A stretch of 64,000 nt of DNA from Candidatus Spongiisociaceae bacterium. GTDB lineage: Bacteria > Actinomycetota > Acidimicrobiia > Spongiisociales > Spongiisociaceae. The position numbers and the translations under genes were made by a program. The notes under the pieces are model-generated. The model searched no databases. It saw only the letters and a program-made list of their open reading frames with translations, and was not told the origin of the DNA. Location: NCBI GenBank assembly GCA_965219685.1, contig CBDCOH010000002.1:4326482-4390481 (forward strand), written 5' to 3'. How positions within the stretch are numbered: position 1 is the first letter of the stretch; each line of letters opens with the position of its first letter. Shown here piece after piece: positions 23,559 through 34,160 of the stretch.

Positions 23559-23574
23559 GGCGGAGTCAGGAGCC

Positions 23575-24070
23575 GACGACCGAAGGCCCCCACCAAGCTG
23601 GCCGTTTCGGCGAGTCGGCCGAGAATCGGGTACAGGGCGTTGTGCACCGTGAACACCGTCGGGACGGGGGAGTGGAGGGCGGCAGGTCCGGTATGGGCGT
23701 CGTGCAGGTGCAAAAGGTCGTAGCCCCTCGCCAGATCCCGCACGGTGGCTGGGAACCGACCGAACCGGCGCCACTGGTCCTCGTAACCCGAACCGGGACC
23801 TGGTCCGTAGATCCCGGGCCGTTCGAACGAAGGCGGGTCGTCGACGAGGAGCGTGGAAAGCCGTCGTGTTCGAACCGGGCCACGGCCTGAGCGGCCCTGG
23901 GGGCCTCCTTCTCGACACCGAGCCCGCCAAGGTGACGGTACCGGCGTATCGCGACGGTGGCATAGACTCCGTTCCTGCCAAGTGCCCCGGCCCAGGCCCA
24001 CTACCGCCTCTCCCGGACCGCCGGTCCGGGCCAGTGGCGAGCATTCGGATGCAGCAATTAGCACCCTCAT
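23575..24070 (-). pseudogene. Truncated, frameshifted duplicate of the 5' third of glgA
   Basis: MRVLIAASECSPLARTGG...VDDPPSFERPGIYG..YEDQWRRFGRF..HLHDAH..TVHNALYP matches glgA 27199-28566; compensating frameshifts; 3' part missing. Confidence 0.88.
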
Positions 24071-24150
24071 CCGGTCTACTCCTTGGATGTCGGGCGTTGA
24101 ACGACTCTACAGTCTTGTGTAATGCCAGAACTTCGTTACACTTTACTGGC

Positions 24151-24768
24151 ATGAAGGGTTCTGTATCCCAGAAGGTCACGGATCACATTGCAGCTCTACC
24201 GGAACAGTCGTTCGTTCGCGTGAGAGACATCGAAGGCTCCCGCACCGCGGTCGAGTCAGCCTTCTCCCGTCTGGCAGCCACCGGAACGATCACTCGTGTT
24301 CGCAAGGGTCTGTATTGGAAAGGAACCCTGACAGCGATGGGCATGTCGAGTCCGCGTATCGAAGAGGTGGCACTGGAACTCGGAGGCCCGGGCGCCGGTC
24401 CGTCGGGCGTCGCGGCGGCGCATTGGCTTGGTCTGACCTCGCAAGTGCCTGCCACCTATCTGAGTTCAGTTCCTAGACGTGTTCCAAAGCCCTGGGGACG
24501 GATCCGGTTCACTCAGCGCCCTGTCGAAAGACTGCTTCGCTCTCTGACTCCATCGGAGGTGGCTGTCTTGGAGGTATTGCGCGACGGGCCGAGGGTGGTC
24601 GAGTTCGGATGGGTTCGGTTCACCGAGGTGGTCGAGAAGTTGGCGACCGCGGGGACGATAAGAGTGGATGTACTGGACCGTCAGGTGTGGGATGAGCCCC
24701 ACCGCGCTGCTAGAGCACGCTGGGCGGACATCCGTGAAGCCCTCTTTGAGGACGTGTCGGCAGCGTGA
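24151..24768 (+). CDS. AbiEi-like (DUF6088-like) type IV antitoxin
   Basis: wHTH AFSRLAATGTITRVRKGLY and AAHWLGLTSQVP; overlaps the AbiEii gene. Confidence 0.8.
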   Translation: MKGSVSQKVTDHIAALPEQSFVRVRDIEGSRTAVESAFSRLAATGTITRVRKGLYWKGTLTAMGMSSPRIEEVALELGGPGAGPSGVAAAHWLGLTSQVPATYLSSVPRRVPKPWGRIRFTQRPVERLLRSLTPSEVAVLEVLRDGPRVVEFGWVRFTEVVEKLATAGTIRVDVLDRQVWDEPHRAARARWADIREALFEDVSAA

Positions 24769-25715
24769 GTTGGTCCCTCCGCGAGTCGCCCGATGCGGTG
24801 GCTGTGGCCGCCTCCCGCGTCGAGGGCGTGACCGGGATTCCCATGGCACATGTGGAGAAGGACTTCTGGGTGACCGAGGTTCTCCGTGGTGTCGCTCGTT
24901 GCAGCGCTTCCACGGGAGTCAGTGCTGTATTCAAGGGTGGGACCAGTCTGTCGAAGGCATTCGGGCTGATCCAGCGATTCTCCGAGGATGTGGACATCAT
25001 CGTCATAGTCCCCGGCCAGAGCACGGGCGGGGACAATCGTATGCTGAAGCAGTTTGTATCCGCTGCGGAGAAGTCGACCGGGCTCGATTCAGAGCTTGAT
25101 ACTCGTACTGCCACCAAAGGCGTCAAGCGCACGGTAACGCTAGCCTATCCAACTGATTCGGCGCCGAGCCCACTGCGTTCCGGTGTGCTTCTGGAACTCG
25201 GCACCAGGGGTGGTGCGATGCCCACTTCCCAACGACACGTAACCAGCCTTTTGGTCGAGCATGGACCACGCGCCGGGATTGACCTCGACTTTGTCGAAGC
25301 GGAACCGGTGGCGACGCACGTTCTCGCTCCAGTGCGCACTCTCGTCGAGAAGCTGATGATCGTCCATCACGCCGCCTCGACAGGTGATGCCGTGGAACAG
25401 CAACGTCTAGCTCGCCACTACTACGACATATGGTGTCTCCTCACCGACCACGACACAGTCGGAGCTCTTGCAGAATCACCAGCCGATGTCTTAGCCCGCG
25501 AGGTGTCGACGTTTACGGGCGCGGCCGGATTAGACGGAACAACTCGACCACCCAATGGCTTTGCTGCATCGCCGGCTTTCGAACTCACAGCCACCCGATC
25601 TGCAAGAGATGCGTTCGAGTCCGTGGTCTTGGATCAGTTGGTGTGGCCCCGAGCCCCGCGACCCTCGTTCGAAGACTGTCTGCGCGTAGTGAGACTCTAT
25701 GCGGATTACCTCTAG
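24765..25715 (+). CDS. AbiEii/AbiGii nucleotidyltransferase toxin
   Basis: VEKDFWV, FKGGTSLSK, RFSEDVD, RTLVEK, RHYYD. Confidence 0.9.
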   Translation: MSWSLRESPDAVAVAASRVEGVTGIPMAHVEKDFWVTEVLRGVARCSASTGVSAVFKGGTSLSKAFGLIQRFSEDVDIIVIVPGQSTGGDNRMLKQFVSAAEKSTGLDSELDTRTATKGVKRTVTLAYPTDSAPSPLRSGVLLELGTRGGAMPTSQRHVTSLLVEHGPRAGIDLDFVEAEPVATHVLAPVRTLVEKLMIVHHAASTGDAVEQQRLARHYYDIWCLLTDHDTVGALAESPADVLAREVSTFTGAAGLDGTTRPPNGFAASPAFELTATRSARDAFESVVLDQLVWPRAPRPSFEDCLRVVRLYADYL

Positions 25716-25818
25716 GGGGCGTTTTGGCGGGGTTGGTGTAGTTACAGGGGTGTAGTTCGGGCGTGTGGCTGTGAGTTTGGGTGTGTCATGAACCGCCCCG
25801 GGTTTGCCGGAGAGTGTT

Positions 25819-27059
<1,241 letters not shown>

Positions 27060-27198
27060 GACTCCATTATCTCCCAACTAATCGAGTCTCCGGGGTAACC
27101 GGGGCGGTTCAGTGGCGGCGTTTGAGTTTGATGTGCGGTGGAAGTGATCATCGTATCAATCGTATGGGCACCTGTGAAGGGGTCTGTCTCAGGATGCT

Positions 27199-28566
27199 TC
27201 ACCTTGCAGCCGTGGACCGGTAGAGATCCGAGTACCGAGCAGCGGGGGAAGACCACGAGAAGTCGGTTGACATGGCGTTGGTTTGCAGCCGTGTCCAGTC
27301 AGCGGTGTGGTGGCTGAACACCCTCCCGGCGCGGCGGATGGTCTTGAGGAGGCTCTCCGGCGTGAACGATCTGAACCCGAACCCGGTAGCTCGCTGCGGA
27401 TCCTCGTCAAGGTCGACGACGGTGTCGGCCAGCCCCCCGGTGAGACGCACGATGGGAACCGCTCCGTAGCGCATCGCGTACATCTGTCCCAGCCCGCACG
27501 GCTCGAAACGGGACGGCATGAGGAACGCGTCGACCCCGGCGGAGACGAGCCGGGCCAGGTTCTCGGTGTACGGGGCGTGCCAAACCGCCTCCGGGTTGCG
27601 GGAAACCCAGCGGTCCACCATGCCGTCCAGGTCCCCGTTCCCCACCACGAGCAGGCGGAATCCCTCCCCCAACAAGCGGTCGATCCAAGGGTCGAGCAGG
27701 CCGATCCCCTTCTGGTCCGCCAGACGGGTGACCATCCCCAGCAACATCCTTCCAGGATCGAGACCGGACCGCTGGAGGATCACCCGTCTGGCATCGCTGC
27801 GGCCCCGCAGGTCCGTGGGCGCGAAGGGCGCCGGAAGGGTGCGATCGTTGCCCGGATCCCAGGAGGCCGTGTCGATCCCGTTGAGGATGCCGACCACGGG
27901 GCGCGACAAGGTGTTGATCACCCCGTTGAGGCCCCCGGACAGGGAAGGATCGGTGGCGAGTTCACGGGCGAACGTGGGGCTGACCGTTGTCACCGAGTCG
28001 GCGCCCGCCAATCCCGCCTTGAGGAAGTGGGCCTGTCCGTACCATTCGATCGGCCCACCCGGACCCCGGTCGTCGACTGTTGCACCCACGAGATCGGCCG
28101 CCTCCCGGAGCGGCCCGAGAATCGGGTACAGGGCGTTGTGGATCGTGAAGACCGTCGGGACGGGGGAGTGGAGGGCGGCGGGCCCGGCGTGCGCGTCGTG
28201 CAGGTGCAGCAGGTCGTAGGATCTCGCCAACTCCCGCACTGTCGCCGAGAAGCGTCCGAATCGCCGCCACTGGTCCTCGTAGCCGGAACCGGGATCGGGT
28301 CCGTAGATGCCCGCACGGTCGAACGAAGGCGGGTCGTCGACGAGCAGCACCGGAAGGCCGTCGCTCGCAAACCTTGCGATGGCCCGGACCGGCCCGGGAG
28401 CTTCCTCTTCCATACCGAGTCCGGCAAGGTGGCGGTAGCGGGGTATCGCGACGGTGACATCCACCCCCTTCCGGCGAAGCGCACCGGCGAGCCCAGCCAC
28501 CGCTTCTCCGAGACCGCCGGTCCGGGCCAGCGGCGAGAACTCGGCGGCCGCAAGCAGTACCTCCAT
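27199..28566 (-). CDS. glgA: Glycogen synthase (GT5)
   Basis: RTGGL (KTGGL variant), FTIHN, RLADQKG, PSRFEPCGLGQMYAMRYG. Confidence 0.88.
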   Translation of the reverse strand: MEVLLAAAEFSPLARTGGLGEAVAGLAGALRRKGVDVTVAIPRYRHLAGLGMEEEAPGPVRAIARFASDGLPVLLVDDPPSFDRAGIYGPDPGSGYEDQWRRFGRFSATVRELARSYDLLHLHDAHAGPAALHSPVPTVFTIHNALYPILGPLREAADLVGATVDDRGPGGPIEWYGQAHFLKAGLAGADSVTTVSPTFARELATDPSLSGGLNGVINTLSRPVVGILNGIDTASWDPGNDRTLPAPFAPTDLRGRSDARRVILQRSGLDPGRMLLGMVTRLADQKGIGLLDPWIDRLLGEGFRLLVVGNGDLDGMVDRWVSRNPEAVWHAPYTENLARLVSAGVDAFLMPSRFEPCGLGQMYAMRYGAVPIVRLTGGLADTVVDLDEDPQRATGFGFRSFTPESLLKTIRRAGRVFSHHTADWTRLQTNAMSTDFSWSSPAARYSDLYRSTAAR

Positions 28567-28686
28567 AAGCTCCCTTTCGCCCTAGCCGCCGGTTTCGATC
28601 CTGTGGCCACGCTTGCCGACTCCCGGCGTGCAGGGAATACGCGACCTTCCGTCTAGTGACCTAGCGGACGTTATTATGGTGCCACA

Positions 28687-28947
28687 ATGATGGTACGCAC
28701 CCAGATCACCATGGACAGCGAGCATCATGCCCGTGCCAAGGCCCGAGCCGCCGAACTCGGGATCTCATTCGCCGCATACGTGCGCCGGCTGGTCGACAGA
28801 GACCTGTCGGAGTCACGTACCAACACCGATCCCACCCTCGTCTTCGATCTCGGTGCCTCACGCGGTGCTGATGTCGCAGCGCACAAAGATCGAATGCTCG
28901 GGGAGGCCATGGCAGCATCGAGGCTCTCTCGTCCTTCCCGCCCGTGA
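28687..28947 (+). CDS. RHH antitoxin (VapB-like)
   Basis: MVRTQITM...GISFAAYVRRLVDR; overlaps the PIN gene. Confidence 0.8.
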   Translation: MMVRTQITMDSEHHARAKARAAELGISFAAYVRRLVDRDLSESRTNTDPTLVFDLGASRGADVAAHKDRMLGEAMAASRLSRPSRP

Positions 28948-29360
28948 GCATCTTTGTAGACACCTCGGCCTGGTACGCGGCCGCGGATCGCCGTGACCGG
29001 CACAATGAACGTGCCAAGCTGTTGCTCGCCACCGCCGGAGAGCCGCTCGTAACGAGCGACCACGTGCTGGTGGAGAGTTGGAGACTCATCCACCATCTCC
29101 TGTCGGCACGGGCAGCTGAGACCTTCTGGGACGGGCTTCGCAAGGGCGTAGCGTCCATCGAACAGACGCGTGCAGCGGACCTCGAAACTGCCTGGGCCAT
29201 AGGCCGGCGCTTTCCCGACCAGGACTTCTCGCTTGTCGATCGGACGTCCTTCTCCTTGATGCAGCGCCTCGGGATCTCGAGAGTCATCACGTTCGACGAC
29301 GACTTCGCCGTGTTCCGCTACGGACGCGACCTCAGAACAGCGTTCGACGTTCTTAGGTGA
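28944..29360 (+). CDS. vapC: VapC PIN-domain toxin
   Basis: IFVDTSAW, E, SLVDRTSF, TFDDDF. Confidence 0.9.
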   Translation: MSIFVDTSAWYAAADRRDRHNERAKLLLATAGEPLVTSDHVLVESWRLIHHLLSARAAETFWDGLRKGVASIEQTRAADLETAWAIGRRFPDQDFSLVDRTSFSLMQRLGISRVITFDDDFAVFRYGRDLRTAFDVLR

Positions 29361-29406
29361 AGCTGCTCCGGGCGGCGTACGGCAGTATTCGTTCGGCCAC
29401 GTGAGG

Positions 29407-29625
29407 TCAGGAGGGTACTCGGCTATGGATGGCCTTCAAGAGGCGTTCCTCGGCCCGGTCGATGCGCTCGCCTAGCCTGGTTTCTACCCTGTCGATGCGT
29501 TTCCCGAGGTCTCTTTTCGCTCCGTCCGTCTGTTGGCGTTGGCGGGTTTCGGACCGGGCGATCCGGGCCGATATTGCTGCGTATAGGGCAGTCCCGACTG
29601 CCACGGTCGTGAGTATCTCGGTCAT
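29407..29625 (-). CDS. Small TM + coiled-coil protein
   Basis: MTEILTTVAVGTALYAAI followed by RIDRVETRL/RIDRAEERL repeats. Confidence 0.6.
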   Translation of the reverse strand: MTEILTTVAVGTALYAAISARIARSETRQRQQTDGAKRDLGKRIDRVETRLGERIDRAEERLLKAIHSRVPS

Positions 29626-29875
29626 GAAGCGACCATACCAGAACTTGTGGCCTACGAGTTTCGAGGTTGTGTAGCGTCTGTACACGATTGACAGCCGCTT
29701 TGAGTTCTCGGCGTTCGAGGTGGTCGGTGCCGGCAATACCCGGCTATCTCCGATGAGTCGAGTGACAGCCCGGCTCCGTAATGGCACATTGCCGGCTGTC
29801 GGTTGTCGGAGTGATGGCCTTCCACTGTCCACTGGCCCCGCCACTGTCCACGGACCACTGAGTATGCTTCCCGGC

Positions 29876-30172
29876 ATGCCCGTCGACATCGATATCGCCC
29901 ATGTGGCGCGCCTGGCGAGGCTTCGCCTGTCCCCCGAGGAGCTGGAATCCTACGGGCGGCAGTGCCGGGAGCTGCTGGAGCATGTGGCCCGGATCCAGTC
30001 TGTGGACACTCGCGGGGTAGAGCCCACGTCGCATCCCCTGCCGATGACCAACCGCTTCCGGGAGGATCGCGTCACTCCCGACACCGTCCTCGACCGCGAC
30101 GAGGTTCTCGGTCAGGCCCCCAGCTCCGAAGGGGAGTACTTCCGGGTGCCGCCGGCGATCGAGGACGCTTGA
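29876..30172 (+). CDS. gatC: Asp/Glu-tRNA amidotransferase subunit C
   Basis: VARLARL, VEPTSHP, YFRVP. Confidence 0.93.
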   Translation: MPVDIDIAHVARLARLRLSPEELESYGRQCRELLEHVARIQSVDTRGVEPTSHPLPMTNRFREDRVTPDTVLDRDEVLGQAPSSEGEYFRVPPAIEDA

Positions 30173-31656
30173 TGGAGCCGTTCTCCATCAGCGGGGCCGC
30201 CCGGGCCCTGCGTGACGGGTCGACCACTTCGGCGCAGCTGGCCGAATGGGTTCTGGCGAGGTCCTCCATGGTCGAGGCCCAGGTCCACGCCTACCTGACG
30301 CTCGACTCCGATGGCCTCCTGCGGTCGGCGCACGAGGCTGACGAGGCTCTGGCCGCGGGCGAGGACCGAGGTCCATTGCACGGGATCCCGATCGCCCTGA
30401 AGGACAACATGACCACACGGGGGATGGAGACCACCGCCGGTTCCAGGATCCTGGCCGGCTACCGCCCTCCCTACGACGCCACCGCGGTCGTGCGCCTCCG
30501 GAAGGCGGGAGCTCTGATAACCGGCAAGGCCAACCTCGACGAGTTCGCCATGGGATCGTCTACGGAGAACTCGGCCTACGGGCCCACGCGTAACCCGTGG
30601 AACACCGACCGGGTTCCCGGAGGGTCGTCGGGCGGCAGCGCCGCGGCGGTGGCCGCCCGCATGGCGTTCGGGGCTCTGGGCTCCGATACGGGGGGGTCGA
30701 TCCGCCAGCCCGCCTCCCTCTGCGGCATCGTCGGGGCCAAGCCGACCTACGGTGCGGTGAGCCGCTACGGCCTCATCGCCTTCGCCTCCTCCCTCGACCA
30801 GATCGGTCCGCTGGCCCACACGGTCGCGGATGCCGCCCTGCTGCTCGACACGGTGAGCGGGCACGACCCGCTCGACGCCACCTCCTATCCCGGTGAGGTG
30901 CCCCGCGCGAGCGAGGGGATCGGTAGGGGTCTCGAGGGGGTACGGGTCGGCGTCGTCAGCGAGATGGGAGGCGGCGAAGCCGTCGAACCGGATGTCGAGG
31001 CCACCTGCTCGGCGATGGTGGCGGCGATGGAGGGCGCAGGAGCGCGGATCGTCGAGGTCTCCCTACCCTCCACCATGGAGGCATTGTCGGCCTACTACCT
31101 GATAGCCCCCGCCGAGTGCTCCGCCAACCTCGCCCGCTTCGACGGGGTCCGCTACGGCCTCCGGGTCGAGGGCTCGACGACCGAGGAGATGATGTCGCGT
31201 ACCAGGGCCGACGGTTTCGGGCCGGAGGTCACCCGCCGGGTGCTGCTGGGAACCTTCGCCCTGTCGGCCGGGTACCACGAGGCCTTCTACGGCCAGGCCC
31301 AGAAGGTGCGCACCCTCGTACGCAGGGACTTCGCCCGCGCCTACGAGCGATGCGACGTGCTGGTGTCGCCCACCAGCCCGACCACGGCCTTCCGCCTGGG
31401 CGACCGCACGGAGGATCCCATGTCCATGTACGTGAGCGACGTGTTCACGATCCCCTCCAACCTGGCCGGTGATCCCGCCATCAGCGTGCCCATCGGCCTC
31501 GACCACCGCCGGCTGCCCATCGGGTTCCAGGTGATGGCCCCCGCTCTCGGGGAAGAGATCATGTTCCAGGTGGCCGACGCCGTCGAGTCCTTGGCCGGTT
31601 TCGACACCACCGTTCCCTACGATCCGGACTTCGGTCTCCGGGGTGGTGTGCGATGA
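30172..31656 (+). CDS. gatA: Asp/Glu-tRNA amidotransferase subunit A
   Basis: Amidase signature [28 protein letters not shown]. Confidence 0.96.
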   Translation: MEPFSISGAARALRDGSTTSAQLAEWVLARSSMVEAQVHAYLTLDSDGLLRSAHEADEALAAGEDRGPLHGIPIALKDNMTTRGMETTAGSRILAGYRPPYDATAVVRLRKAGALITGKANLDEFAMGSSTENSAYGPTRNPWNTDRVPGGSSGGSAAAVAARMAFGALGSDTGGSIRQPASLCGIVGAKPTYGAVSRYGLIAFASSLDQIGPLAHTVADAALLLDTVSGHDPLDATSYPGEVPRASEGIGRGLEGVRVGVVSEMGGGEAVEPDVEATCSAMVAAMEGAGARIVEVSLPSTMEALSAYYLIAPAECSANLARFDGVRYGLRVEGSTTEEMMSRTRADGFGPEVTRRVLLGTFALSAGYHEAFYGQAQKVRTLVRRDFARAYERCDVLVSPTSPTTAFRLGDRTEDPMSMYVSDVFTIPSNLAGDPAISVPIGLDHRRLPIGFQVMAPALGEEIMFQVADAVESLAGFDTTVPYDPDFGLRGGVR

Positions 31657-33101
31657 GTTGGGAAGCGGTGATCGGCCTCGAGACCCACGTGGAGCTCTCC
31701 ACGCACTCGAAGATGTTCTGCGGGTGCCCGGCCCGGTTCGACGCTTCTCCCAACACCAACGTGTGCCCGGTCTGCCTTGGGTTGCCGGGCGCTCTTCCCG
31801 TACCCAACCGGGAGGCGATCAACCGCATAATGCAGATCGGCCTCGCTCTCAACTGTTCGGTGCGCCGCAGACCGGTCTTCCACCGCAAGAACTACTTCTA
31901 CGCCGACCTACCCAAGAACTATCAGATCTCCCAGTTCGACCTGCCCGTCTGCATCGACGGCTACCTGGATGTGGGCGGCGACCACGGAGGACGGGTCCGC
32001 ATCGAACGGGTCCACCAGGAGGAGGACACCGGCAAGAGCACCCATGTAGGGGGTGACGGCCGGATAACTGCTGCGGAGTACTCGCTCCTGGACTTCAACC
32101 GCTCCGGTGTGCCGCTGGTCGAGATAGTCACCCGGCCGGACATCCGGTCAGCGGCCCAGGCCCGCGCCTACGGCCAGGAGCTGCGCCTGCTGGTCGAGGC
32201 ACTCGGGGTGTCCGACGCCCGGCTTGAGGAGGGCTCGATCCGTTTCGACGCCAACGTCTCGGTCCGTCCTGGCTCCGATGCGCCGCTGGGAACGAAGGTC
32301 GAGATCAAGAACATGAACTCGTTCCGGTCGCTGGAACGGGCGGTCGCCTACGAGATCCAGCGCCAGACCGCCCGCCTGGCAATGGGCGAGTCGATCGTCA
32401 TGGAGACGCGGCACTGGGACGAGGAGGCGGGCGTAACCCGTGGCGGCCGGACCAAGGAGGGAAGCTCGGACTACCGGTACTTCCCGGATCCCGACCTGGT
32501 GCCGATGGAGGTAGATCGGTCTTGGGAGGAGGAGATGGCCGCGCTTCTCCCGGAGTTGCCCGCCCAGCGCCGATCCCGCTACGAGAGCATGGGGATAGAC
32601 ACCGACCAGGCGGGAACGCTGGCGGTGGCGGACCACAGCCTGCGGGAGTTGTTCGAGGAAGCGGTGGAGGCGGGAGCGGAAGCGGTCCAGTCCGGCATCT
32701 GGGTCACAGGCGAGGTGGTGGCCGAACTGCGACGGTCCGGTCAGTCCTCGGTGGAGGGCGCGCACCTGCGCGGCCCGGATCTGGCCCGGCTGCTGAAGAT
32801 GGTCGAGGGCGGGGAACTGTCGCGATCGGCCGCCCGCGAAGTGCTCGCCGGGGTGATGGCCGGTGAAGGTTCCCCCAAGGAGGTAGCCACCGCCCGGGAT
32901 CTCCTGCAGATCTCCGACACGAGCGTGCTCGAAGGGTCGGTAGATGCCGTGCTGGCCAGCCATCCGGCCGAGTTCGACCGCCTGGCGGCGGGAGAACGCA
33001 AGCTGATCGGCTTCTTCGTAGGCCAGGTGATGCGCACGACCCGCGGCAAGGCAGACCCCAAGCTGGCCAGCAGCCTGATCAGGGATCGCGCCGGGCTCTG
33101 A
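31653..33101 (+). CDS. gatB: Asp/Glu-tRNA amidotransferase subunit B
   Basis: IGLETHVEL, RKNYFYADLPKNYQISQ, DYRYFPDPDL. Confidence 0.97.
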   Translation: MSWEAVIGLETHVELSTHSKMFCGCPARFDASPNTNVCPVCLGLPGALPVPNREAINRIMQIGLALNCSVRRRPVFHRKNYFYADLPKNYQISQFDLPVCIDGYLDVGGDHGGRVRIERVHQEEDTGKSTHVGGDGRITAAEYSLLDFNRSGVPLVEIVTRPDIRSAAQARAYGQELRLLVEALGVSDARLEEGSIRFDANVSVRPGSDAPLGTKVEIKNMNSFRSLERAVAYEIQRQTARLAMGESIVMETRHWDEEAGVTRGGRTKEGSSDYRYFPDPDLVPMEVDRSWEEEMAALLPELPAQRRSRYESMGIDTDQAGTLAVADHSLRELFEEAVEAGAEAVQSGIWVTGEVVAELRRSGQSSVEGAHLRGPDLARLLKMVEGGELSRSAAREVLAGVMAGEGSPKEVATARDLLQISDTSVLEGSVDAVLASHPAEFDRLAAGERKLIGFFVGQVMRTTRGKADPKLASSLIRDRAGL

Positions 33102-33160
33102 TCCCGGTCCCTGCCGTGGAAAGTCGCTGGGACTCCGGCAGGGTTCCTTAAGCTGGACGG

Positions 33161-33394
33161 ATGCCCGACTCCTGGGACTCGAGCCAGAGCGGTATCGGAG
33201 GGATCGTCGATCGGATGGGTTCGATCTTCGAGCCGCTGAGTGTCTATGTCCCTCTAGAGGTCGTGTTGGTGGTGGCGGTCGGCGCCAGCGCGATGGTCGT
33301 CTGGTGGCTTGCCCGCAAGCTTATGAAACTGGCGCTCTACGCCGCGATCGTGGGCGGCGCCGCGTGGGTCTGGTACTTCGGCGTACCCACCTGA
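33161..33394 (+). CDS. Small hypothetical membrane protein
   Basis: Two hydrophobic helices; start may be ATG 33215. Confidence 0.55.
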   Translation: MPDSWDSSQSGIGGIVDRMGSIFEPLSVYVPLEVVLVVAVGASAMVVWWLARKLMKLALYAAIVGGAAWVWYFGVPT

Positions 33395-33412
33395 GCAGGG
33401 ATTCAGCCAACC

Positions 33413-33868
33413 TCAGCCCAGGCCGATAGCGCCCTGGACGATCCAGGCCGCCGCGAGTCCCCACAGGCCCGCCACCACGTCATCAGCCGTGATCCCCAAT
33501 CCACCGGGAAGCGACTCCGCCTTCCTCACGAGCGGGAACCGCTTGGTGATGTCGGCGATCCGGAAGACCGCGAACCCGACCAGCGCAGGCCCGACCGACA
33601 CTCCGATGGTGGCCAGGAAGGTCCCGGCCGCCTCGTCGATCACCACCCAGCCCGGGTCGCCCTCGCCGGAGAACCGCCCGCTCGCCCAGATCGAGACGGC
33701 GGTCACCACCACCGCGGCCACCAGCTGAGCGGTCCAGCCCACCCTGGCCAGCAGTAGAGCCGGAACCAGCGCCACCAGGCCGCCTACTGTTCCGGATCCG
33801 GCGTCGACCCCGCGGAGCCGCCGCAGAATCAGGCCGCATCCGAACCATGAAGCGAGAAGTCTGGCCAT
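33413..33868 (-). CDS. pgpA: Phosphatidylglycerophosphatase A
   Basis: DPGWVVIDE, FRIADITK, GITADDVVAG. Confidence 0.9.
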   Translation of the reverse strand: MARLLASWFGCGLILRRLRGVDAGSGTVGGLVALVPALLLARVGWTAQLVAAVVVTAVSIWASGRFSGEGDPGWVVIDEAAGTFLATIGVSVGPALVGFAVFRIADITKRFPLVRKAESLPGGLGITADDVVAGLWGLAAAWIVQGAIGLG

Positions 33869-33878
33869 CCCGGCGAGG

Positions 33879-34091
33879 CTAGACGATTAGTTGACAGTCT
33901 GTAGTTGATGAGTAGCGGTTAGCGTTGGAGTGAGGGAGTTTCCGGCCTCCTTGGCGCGGTTCGGACTGCGCGGTCACCTCGAGGGGGACGCTCACGAGTA
34001 GAAGCGACACTGATCCGAACGAGCGTTAACTATCAACTATCAACTATCAACTATCAACTATCAACTATCAACTATGAAACTAATCACCTAG
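33879..34091. mobile_element. CTAG-bounded miniature inverted-repeat element, copy C (213 bp), with (AACTATC)6
   Basis: Ends CTAGACGATTAGTT...AACTAATCACCTAG; perfect heptamer array at 34028-34069. Confidence 0.7.
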
Positions 34092-34160
34092 TTCGGCGCC
34101 GCGTCCCGCACATGCCGCGGCGGACTTTGGAGCACACCGTTGTCGCTACCCTCGCCTGCC

